DNA from: Phoronis australis
Lineage: Eukaryota > Animalia > Phoronida
NCBI GenBank assembly: GCA_002633005.1
Contig: NMRA01000278.1
Coordinates: 339,873 to 403,872 of the forward strand
DNA: 64,000 nt
Direction of reading: 5' to 3'
A model generated the notes under the pieces. It ran no database searches. It was not told the DNA's origin and saw only the letters and a list, made by a program, of their open reading frames with translations. A program made the position numbers and the translations under genes. Below, piece after piece: positions 54,468 through 64,000 of the stretch (its first letter is position 1; each line of letters starts with the position of its first letter).

Positions 54468-55559
54468 AGAGACAAACAAAATTGAATCTCCAACTTGAAA
54501 TTTTCAATGTAAACTAAACTTAAGCAGAACTGTGCTGATCTCTGAAACATGTGATGTCACAATGGTTTAGGCACGAAACTTAACTTTTAATAAATGAGCT
54601 GCTCTTGAGCCTAAACACTGTGGTAAATGTAATGCAGACGGATGCAAAACAACTAAGAATATTTTACTAGAAATGACTGACATCAATTAAGCAATCATGG
54701 ATATATAGCATATAACAACTTACAACGAAAGCACTCAAATGTGTCTGTGAGTTCTTCTTGAGGTGTTTATTACTGTATTCGCTCTAAAAAGTGCCCAGGG
54801 CGCTTAGAAAATTTTGTTTCAGGAGGAGGGGTGTTTATTGTAGCCAAAGGCAGCTGAAACCCAGTCTCCGAAATGCATGAAATCGGAAGCTAGGATTCAT
54901 AAATTTAGGCTCTGTGACGTACCTGTAGACAGACTTTCCACAAAATTGTGGTGCATTGCTATCAAACTTTTTTGTTAAATTACGATCCGTTTTCAGAAAA
55001 TTGTGGGGAAATCCCATGGCGAAAACTCGCCAACTGATGAGTCGCTGCCGTGCGAACGTCGATAGGGCAACTGTGGAGTCGGTATTAACCGCAGATTAAG
55101 TCCAAATGTGCGCTAGATCACAACCCGCAACACTAGAAAAATCTGGACGAACATGTGACGTTTGTTTTAAAGTTCGTCTGCATGTGTGTGCCGATTTAGC
55201 TTGATTCACTCCCGTTGACAAGTACACTATGTCTTTCTGTTCTGAAAGGCCATAGTGGGACACATGCTTCCCGAGATCTGCAAAACTTTTAAGTTCTTTT
55301 TGAAGCACTGAGGAAGTTCAAAGGGTATATTCACGGCTAAATACTGACATAGTGATGAGGCTCGTGGTCTAGAAATTTGGCGCACAATGATTTTTCAGGA
55401 CTCTCGGATATTATTGATAAATTGAAGATGTTAGTGTAGAATTTTAGACCTCTAGGTAAGGCATATTTCACATGTGACGTATACAAGTTCATGGGTTGGG
55501 CACTTATTTTAGTGAAGTCTGAAAATGTGTGGGGACATGGGCACTTATTAGGGCAAATA

Positions 55560-56310
55560 CGGCAGTACCTTAAAAATGGCCACTAGATGGCCCAAAATAT
55601 GTCCAACCCATTCATAAATGTAATGCCTCAACATCTCCGTAATCAACATTTTAATGAAAATCGATCCTGCCAAGAACTCAAAACAATACAAAGAATTAAA
55701 AAAAACATCAAAATTTCAACTACGAGATAGAGCAGCAGCTGGATTTGTCTGAAAAAAGTTGCCATCTGTTGCCTGATTCATAGCCATATACTTATCTTTC
55801 AAATTTCACAAAGATCCTGCGAAGGTACAGAAGATACAGCTGAGGTAAAAATTGCCACAAGGAGGCACCACAGCAGTAGGACCTACCCACAGTAACACAT
55901 CTATCAATTTTCATAATGACCATTGGAGGGGTCAGACAAACTGAGAAGGAGATAACAAAAACAAACTTGAAATTATACTATTAATGAAAATGGCCACTAG
56001 GTGGTGCAGCATATGTTGAATACATCCGAAAACGGATTGAAATACACTGTCATCTCCTTAATAGAGGCTCTTTCGCCAATTTTCATGAAAATCAATCAAT
56101 CAAGCTTCCAAAGATACAAAACACTAAATTGCCACTAGGGGGCATAGCTGCAACGGAATCAGTCCAAAAACTTGTCTTGACACTTCGTCAGTATCATAGA
56201 AACAAATGTCATAAAGATCCCACTGAGTTCAGATTTAGTAGCCACAGCAGCAGACAGCGGATGCACAGACAGAAATGATTGCAATATGAAGCCACAGGTG
56301 GGCTCGTAAT
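55560..56310 (-). mobile_element. Interspersed repeat related to 23945-24830 (HINE-like), intronic
   Basis: Recurrent AAAATGGCCACTAG / GCCACTAGGGGGCA and TTTTCATGAAAATC motifs, in reverse orientation to the 24-kb copy. Confidence 0.45.
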
Positions 56311-56473
56311 TAGTAGCTTTAAAAGGAAACTTAAGTCAGTTAGTCAGAAAAATAAAATTAGGTCTCCAAAATAGTATGCTTGAGGTATTATCGTGTTTGG
56401 CTAATGTACACATCGATGTCACTTATTTCTCCGAAAACAATTAGCTAAACAGACAAGCACAAAGCTAACATAC

Positions 56474-57172
56474 CTGTGTACCCGGCAGTACAGTTACAGG
56501 AATACCCATTGTCATGGAAACCAAACGCACGGTCTTTGGTTTCACAATAGGGGTCACCCCCTGCAGGTGGACAATAGTCTTGTACACAGGTGGCATTGTG
56601 CTCGGCACAATTTCCAGGGTCACAGAGCGGTGGACAGTTGCCAAAATCACACGGGTAGCAGACAACGTCTACACACGGCTCGCTGCAGTTGACGGGAACG
56701 CATGGTGTCGATGTTGTAGTGACAAGGTGGCAGGTCCCCTGGACACAGTCGGTACAATTGCCTGGATAACAACCACTGCAAGTTCCCAGAGTACATGTGT
56801 CACAGCCTAGTGTGACACACTCCGCCGAACAGTTGCTTCCATTGAAGCATGCATTACACTGAGGCCAGGCAGTACAGTTGGCATGGCACGTACTCGGACT
56901 GCAGCCAGTGCAGTTGCCGAAGTCACAGTTGGACGAACAGTTACCCACAATGCATGGCTCAGTCTCACACGTGACGTCGACGCATGGAGCACTGCAATCC
57001 TTGGGCGTGCAAGGGACACTGCAGTTGCCAGGGTTGCATGGGTCACTGCAGTTGCCAGGGTTACAGGGTTCACTGCAGTTCCCCTTGATGCATGCTGGCT
57101 GGAGCCAAGGAGGCCCAGAGCAGTTACCATAGACACACGGGTTGTCACGGACGTAAGCATTCAAGTAAATAC
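56474..57172 (-). CDS. Gene B Cys-rich exon (699 nt, phase 1-1): EGF-like module with an internal PCxxGNCS repeat expansion
   Basis: cttaacag|GIYLNAYVRDNPCVYGNC...GYSCNCTAGYT|gtatgt; 43 Cys in 233 codons by hand count. Confidence 0.88.
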
Positions 57173-57728
57173 CTGTTAAGAGAACGAAAAAAACAGTTAG
57201 TGAAATGATTATAGTTCTACAATTTTGTAGAAATTTGATGAGGAGAATCTTTGGGATCATAAACACGAATAACTGGACAAGAATTTTTCAAAAAATGAAA
57301 TAAGAGTTACCAAAAAACTATTAAAACAATTTGCTAATCTGTACTAAATTGGATTTAGATGTAACCTTTTGAAACTGAAGTACTTGAACAGCCACATTTC
57401 TTGTTTTATAATTATTCAGTTGTACATTCCCAACTATTTCATTTCAAACCTAGTTACTTCTGTCAAGTCACAAACAGCACAAATATCTTGAGTGTCCAAA
57501 ATACACACCAGCTGCTGCTCCAGCTCACACAAAATAAATTAACATAAATTAGCGCAGTCCAACAATGACAACCAGAAAAAATTATAAGCTGAACGACTTA
57601 TCTATCTCAGAGGAGTGAATGTCAAAAACAGGAAATGAAAACCAATTTTAAGGTAAAGTCAACCTCAATACGTGGTTCTGATGCAAACCTAAAAAAGACG
57701 CAAGACACTGCAATGACCTTTACATTAC

Positions 57729-57897
57729 CTCCAGAGAAGAAGCCACCCTGGTCCTTAGCATATGTCGCCAGTGTCAAGTTTCCATAGTAACGCTCCGGAA
57801 AGGTGACGCCCACCTTGACAGCATACCAGGTGGGAGTGTAAGACATGGTGTAAGGTAGCTTGATATGTTTAGTGATGTTGGACACGTCTTGCACAAC
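57729..57897 (-). CDS. Gene B extracellular exon (phase 0-1)
   Basis: cctgcag|VVQDVSNITKHIKLPY...FPERYYGNLTLATYAKDQGGFFSG|gtaatg; the phase fits the next exon. Confidence 0.8.
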
Positions 57898-58964
57898 CTG
57901 CAGGACAGGTGAACGAAGCCAATTTGAAAATAGAACAAAATGGAAGACTCAAAATGTTACAAATACTTATAATTATAAGTGTCTAGTGTAAGACAAGATC
58001 AGGATAGTGCTACAGCAGTGAAAAGATGAACACCAGTCATAAATACTCGCTGTTTCCATTTCAAAAACCAAAATTTATACTTGCATCTCACCAGTACCAT
58101 AAAATTCAAACATAACTCATGACAACATTAATTTTATAACTCACATTTTCAGTCAAAACCAACAGCTATAATTTTACTAATGGCCAAAAACAAAATACTT
58201 TGAACTAACTTAAACACTTGAAAGTTTTTAAGCACGGAGCCTCTGGATGTATGAGTTTACCTTCCCTCAAAACACCACCAGGTGGCCTTCAAAGCAATAA
58301 TCATCCACTTACATTTATCCCCATTACAAGACCGAACAGTAAGCAAGTACCTACAGGATTGATTCCTGTGGTAGATAACTATTTGGTGGGAAAACATGAT
58401 GGGTGTGTCAGAATGTTCTATAGAGGGTGCTCACTAGCGCACTTTGATACTTCCATTGCTGTGAAGCGATGACTATACGTCAAATATTATCATTTTCTTA
58501 TAATTTGTAAGTTTTCCGGTAAAAGCGTGTTGCTCAAAATGAGGATGAATAAAATATGCACTTATTCCCCATGCCTAGAACTCGAGTCTCCAAATCTGTC
58601 CTGAGGGACTAGATCTGTGAAATCAGTTTCAACATCCCTTCGATAAGAAATTCTGTCTCTGGCAATTTCGACCAGGCGTCAAATCACTTATGGCAATAAA
58701 AGCAGGCTAGTATCTCCCAGGTCATGCATTACAATAACCAGAAGCACATGATCTCAATATCTATCATGAGTAACACATTGCAAATGAGTGTGCATCACAC
58801 TCTTGGTCTCAGCTAGAAGACAAATTCTCTGTAGCTTGTAGATTGTCATTCTACACCCTGGAAGCACCTGTGTGGCTTTCAGTCAAACAGTATACAAAGT
58901 GACCCAGACCACTAGATGGCACTACTAGTAGGTGCCTAGCACCTAAGTGCTAACACGTCATTAC

Positions 58965-59102
58965 CTCGGTGACCAGCTGGAACTTAGTAGTGTTGAGTCC
59001 CGACTCATCTATCTCTATGGTGAATGTGTTGTTGTCGTCAACATCGTAGACAATGATGGTGCCAAAAGTCACGGAGGTCAGGAAAAGGTTTTCAACGATG
59101 AC
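58965..59102 (-). CDS. Gene B cadherin-like exon (138 nt, phase 0-0)
   Basis: cactgaag|VIVENLFLTSVTFGTIIVYDVDDNNTFTIEIDESGLNTTKFQLVTE|gtaatg; contains a DxD motif. Confidence 0.78.
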
Positions 59103-59476
59103 CTTCAGTGAAGCCAGAACAGAATGGAACAAACTAATGGCATCATTGGCAATATGGCTCCAAATGGCAACATAGTTTTATTTTCAAAACAGGTGTCAAA
59201 ATCTTGTCAAGATGGACAAGTTTAAAGTAAATGAGAAAATAGCAAAAGGGGAAACTGATGCAAAAAGTCAGTGGCAAACTGAAAGAGCCTTTAACACAAA
59301 TTATCAAAACCTTGTTTCACAATGGCACTGATGCGCAAAAAGCAAACATTTTTTAAACTATTATTCAGCTACAAAAGAGACAAATAACATCAAAAAAATT
59401 ATCTCAAGTGTTATCTATTTCTTTCAAGAACAGCCAATTGCATGGCGTTTTATAAAAACTGATGCATGGTACTTAC

Positions 59477-59619
59477 ATCATAACTGGATTCTCTACCCCC
59501 TTCCTCAATGTACGTGAGGTGACTGTCAAAGTCATATGGTGCAAAGAAGAGGCGCGGCTCATCGTTATCATTTACTACCTGCACAGTGACATTGGTGTAA
59601 ACCACGTTAGGGGTCATGT
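59477..59619 (-). CDS. Gene B cadherin-like exon (phase 1-0)
   Basis: tttcag|DMTPNVVYTNVTVQVVNDNDEPRLFF...SSYD|gtaagt; VxV..xNDxP inter-repeat motif. Confidence 0.82.
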
Positions 59620-60058
59620 CTGAAACATCAATTGTACAACAAGTCTGTTGACATCTCCTGGATTAAATTGACAAATTCTTTCAAGACAAAACATATTTCC
59701 ATCCACAACTAAACCTCCTGTCACATGGGTCTAAAATTATTGCGTTGGAGAAAGAACGTTAGCTCACCGTACTAAATCCGTAACGTGCCCCTGTTGTCAC
59801 GCTATCATTGCAGCTTTCTTTTTAGCTAAAATTTACTAAAAACACGTGATCCAATCAATGGCAGACTGCCAAAAAATTGCAATCTAATTCTGCATGCTGT
59901 TTACTTAATTCCAAAAACATAATTAATCTAACTTACAGTTTTCTAGGAACCTGGCTAAATATACAAAGTTGTTGATCTTGTCCCCTATAATCAAGCATAA
60001 CGTTACTGACAGGCGCAACATCTTAAAGCGAATAATGGTAAAATTAAGATAGACATAC

Positions 60059-60272
60059 CACTGGACATGTTGATTTCATACAGTGTTATGTTAATGATGT
60101 CAGTGGACGCAAAGTCCTTGTATGGAGTGTAGTGGAACGTGCAGCAACCCGACATGGAGACGTTGCCATGGGGGGGCTGGTTTGTAATATTCATACTGAC
60201 TATGTCCCCCTCTGTGTCTTTGTATCCCAAAGTGAAGCTTTTCTGGAAGTCTTCATAGACGATGATTGGATC
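60059..60272 (-). CDS. Gene B cadherin-like / tandem-95 (Big_9-type) repeat exon (phase 0-1)
   Basis: cttctag|DPIIVYEDFQKSFTLGYKDTEGDIVSMNITNQPPHGNVSMSGCCTFHYTPYKDFASTDIINITLYEINMSS|gtatgt. Confidence 0.85.
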
Positions 60273-60635
60273 CTAGAAGAGAGAGTCCATGGACTAAGCT
60301 CATTAGTCTGGTTATGGTGGGTTAATTTCAGCCATCCATACTACCTGGTCACCGGGGAAGTACCGGACGGTGTTGATTGTGTTAAAGGATAAAATAATAA
60401 TCACAAGGCCTTACTGAGAAGAGCATTACATGCCGGTGAAAAGCAGTGTTCAGTTAATGTTTCAATTTTTACATTCATTTGCCAGATGTAATATTTCGAA
60501 ATATCCAACAAACTTTCAATATTCTTGAATGGTTCAGTGTTTCACCATGTATGTTTCAAAAATTGAAACTTCTCAGAAAATTATTTTGAAAAAAACTTTA
60601 CTGAATATTCAACATCACTGATAATCTTGTCACTT

Positions 60636-60752
60636 AACCGGGGGTACGCTTGGCCTATATATACATATGCATATAACCGGGGGTGTATGCTTGACATACA
60701 TATGCATATAACCGGGGGAATGCTTGGCATATATGTACATATGCATATAACC
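60636..60752. repeat. Imperfect 35-39-bp tandem repeat x3
   Basis: TAACCGGGGG...CATATGCATA units. Confidence 0.8.
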
Positions 60753-61093
60753 ATAAATGCGATAAATAGGTTATCCTACATACTATGTAGGAATACTATA
60801 ATATCATAGTTCAAATTAATTTCATATGAAATGAATTCTCGAGAAGATATTGGAGCAGTATTCTTATATATATGTAGTAACCTATACATTAACTGTGCAT
60901 TTATCTGAGTGAGTAATGACCACTAGCTGACACAGTCAGCTCTATCAAAAGACTACATCTGTACAAGACAATAGTCCACTAGTTGACACAGCCAGCTCTA
61001 TCAAAAGACTACATCTCATTCTGCACATAACACTGCTCATTAATTCACTGTTCACTGCACCCAATGTTAGCAGTAACTCAGTCATATGCTCAC

Positions 61094-61255
61094 AGTGCCA
61101 TTGGTCAAGTACGGCTTGTCATTGAATGGCTCTGGAGCTTCGTGGGCGATCGCCAACTGGGTAGGGTCGAGTGCATTCGGGTCAATAGTTACGGAGCGTT
61201 TACGACGCGAGGAGCTAGTGCCCTTAGAATCAAGCTGCGTCCATGTCTTACACAT
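61094..61255 (-). CDS. Gene B exon with a furin-type RRKR site (162 nt, phase 0-0)
   Basis: ttttgcag|MCKTWTQLDSKGTSSSRRKRSVTIDPNALDPTQLAIAHEAPEPFNDKPYLTNGT|gtgagc. Confidence 0.8.
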
Positions 61256-62869
61256 CTGCAAAAGGTCAAAGGTGAGATTTCAAATTAACAAATGAATCTG
61301 CTCTATTTTTAAGAATTCTACAGAAAACAAATGCATGCAAGAATCGCTTAAGTGTGTTATGAGTTTGTTCCAAAGTTTCAGAAAACTTGTGCTGCAGGCA
61401 ATTTCAGATCCAAGGTGGTGGATAGTTACCAAGAACATAGCAATGGATGCTTATATTATTTTTCATAACAAATTATTGCAGATCCACGCTCACATTACAA
61501 TAGCTTTGCAATATGCAAGAACGATACATACACACCTTGGTACTCACAATTTTCACCAGCAAGTCACTACACTGATTCAGTGAACAAGATGCAACATGGA
61601 ATTAGGAAATGGTCATCATTCCTTTCATACCAGAACAAGCCAAATGTATTCCAACAAAATTCCCCCAACATAACAGTTGTGTGGTAGTCTTATTCATAAA
61701 CGGAGTAGTCTTTGCTCATGATTGAGAATGAAATTAACAGTAACGTTAATAAGGAGGCCATTTAGTAATTAGAATTTTGCCACCCTGGTAATTAATACCA
61801 ATCAGTTGTCATGACGGAAAAACAGTATTTTGTTGGATTACTTTTGTCTGGTACTATACCAAGCAGGACTGAGAACAAAAACAAAAGCATGACACACTTT
61901 ATATGTGATCACAGAGGGAAGTGTGAAAAGCCAGTTAGTGACTCAGAAGATGACTCATCTCAGGATAACATCATGTCACTACCACGCAGGTGTAACAAGC
62001 ATCAATATGCCAGCTAGAGTGTGACAAGTCAAATTTGCCAGACAGACGAAAAAGCAACATGATCTCAATTTTTAACTCGACCTGTAAACCTTCCCAAGAA
62101 ACTCTTACGCTATACTTTGCATATAACAACAGAGCCAATTTCCCACAAAAAATCTTCATGGTTTCTGTGTTGACGGCCCTGGAAGTGATGGACATCTTTT
62201 TTGGGGTTGCAGTATATGGCTTAGATTATTTAATGAGAGTATCTTAAAAGTATGTAATTTAAAAAGATAGATACTACTTATAAGATTACAAAATAATCAT
62301 GTAGATAATTTAAAGATACTTGCAATATTGGAAAGACTCTGTTTTTATACAGAAATTTTTTTTTGTTTTTTGTTGCTTTGTCGCCTGTTGTAGTCTCCCT
62401 TGGTTTCTTCAGTGGAGATAGCTTATAGGTAACACATTCTGTACATTTTACAAATTGTGTATATGATGGTGTTATGTTTAGAAACAAAACCTTGTGGTCA
62501 CTGAACGTAAAATAACTTTGGTACAAAGCCAGGCGAACACCACGTCATGATACTAGATGTTAATTAATGAGTTGATACTTCTTGTCAAGACATATCTTCA
62601 TTGGCTATTGCAAAATGGTGCTTATGAACAAAGATTTTGATACAAATAATTATCCTGTGAGACACAATGAGCGCTTACCCTGTCGGACACAATGCTATTG
62701 TTCACGAGTTTGACACAAGAGCCCTGTCAAACACAATGCCATTGGTCACAAGTTTGACGCAAGAGCTACCCTGTCAGCTCACAATCAGTGCTTACCCTGT
62801 CAGACACAATGCCATTGGTCCAATCAATATGTTGCTGGTAGTTTTTTGTGCACGTTCCGCATGACTCAC

Positions 62870-62893
62870 ATGACTCCTTGTATTTGAGTGCAC
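62870..62893 (-). CDS. Possible 24-nt upstream microexon of gene B
   Basis: ctgttgcag|GTGCACTCAAATACAAGGAGTCAT|gtgagt; open in phase 0 (VHSNTRSH). Supported by splice signals only. Confidence 0.3.
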
Positions 62894-63288
62894 CTGCAAC
62901 AGACCCAACCAGGATTTAATGATTCGTTATCGAGTGAGTGCAATATTCTTCATATTTCTAATGTAAAGTCAGACATGTTAAGGCCATGACTGGGGAGTCA
63001 TAACGGCTTTTGGTCATGATAGACCGACCCGAAAAACCTAGCCTCATTTTCGGGTGGGTGGAAATTCCTGAGAAAACCACAAACCATTATTTGGCTGGTA
63101 ACACGCTATTTCACGCCTACACACATCACCTGATGGCGTTAAGTTCCATTGGCAGACCAGGCGTAATTTCCATGTTTATTGCCCCTACAGTCTGAATGGG
63201 TAATGAACTATTGAAATCGCTGATACAAGCGTGTCACGTTTATAGTCCCTGTAACCCCTGAGATTCCATCATGAACATTTCACATTAC

Positions 63289-63808
63289 GGAATACCGCTG
63301 GTAACCAAAAGATATTTGAGGTAAGACACCTTATCTGACTTCTGCAATTATGGGACAACGCTGGTCACCAAAAGATATTTGAGGTAAGAAACCTTAATTT
63401 TCTGATTTATGTAATTATGGAATACCGCTGGTCACCAAAAGATATTTGAGGTAAGACACCTTATCTGACTTATGCAATTATGGAATACCGCTGGTCACCA
63501 AAAGATATTTGAGGTAAGACACCTTATCTGACTTTTGCAATTATGGAACACCGCTAGTCACCAAAAGATATTTGAGGTAAGAAACCTTAATTTTCTGATT
63601 TATGTAATTATGGAATACCGCTGGTCACCAAAAGATATTTGAGGTAAGACACCTTATCTGACTTATGCAATTATGGAATACCGCTGGTCACCAAAAGATA
63701 TTTGAGGTAAGACACCTCATCTGATTTATGCAATTATGGAATACTGCTGGTCACCAGAAGATATTTGAGGTAAGACAGTCCCCTTATCTAACTTATGCAA
63801 TTATGGAA
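63289..63808. repeat. 63/67-bp tandem repeat x8
   Basis: Unit GGAATACCGCTGGTCACCAAAAGATATTTGAGGTAAGACACCTTATCTGACTTATGCAATTAT; 67-bp variants at 63352 and 63545, 193 bp apart. Confidence 0.95.
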
Positions 63809-64000
63809 ACTGAAACTAAGTTAAAGTGTCTGACTTCCAACACGAAAAAGTACTGAATTAACTGAACATAGAAAGTGCAAACAACAATACATATCTGTGA
63901 GTCATTGGGATCATATATAATGACGTCACTTCATGGAAAAAATTGCAAGGAGGGAGGATTCACAACAAAGGGAGGGGGATTCACAATAAAGGGGGATTCA

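Noticed and set aside
63289-63808. CRISPR-like appearance of this and the other regular arrays (1-460, 10491-10710, 50159-50286)
   Set aside because: No unique spacers, no cas genes, eukaryotic context; these are ordinary tandem repeats.

Overview
AT-rich eukaryotic DNA with GT-AG introns and many transposons, most consistent with a marine invertebrate (inference). The ORF track misses most real coding sequence because the exons are short. Reading splice sites and phases by hand gives three genes. (1) The last coding exon of a RABGAP1/RABGAP1L-like gene on + (1387-1734). (2) A minus-strand gene A (25724 to 7768) with eight phase-1/phase-1 calcium-binding EGF cassette exons and a transmembrane exon; its 5' end was not found. 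(3) A minus-strand gene B (at least 61255 to 48122; 11 phase-compatible exons, about 1071 aa, N-terminus probably beyond the window), a predicted type I membrane protein. Gene B has an RRKR furin site, cadherin-like/tandem-95-type repeats, an EGF module expanded by a ~190-aa Cys-rich repeat, a TM exon with a triplicated splice acceptor, and a ~490-aa Ser/Arg then Arg/Asp mixed-charge cytoplasmic tail. It is the most unusual object in the window. The rest is decayed CR1-like, RTEX-like and I-group LINEs, Penelope-like elements (one ending in a 670-bp (TG)n tract), MITEs with 5-bp TSDs, Harbinger-like elements, tRNA-derived SINE heads and many minisatellites. There is also a ~1 kb N gap and one probable assembly duplication.
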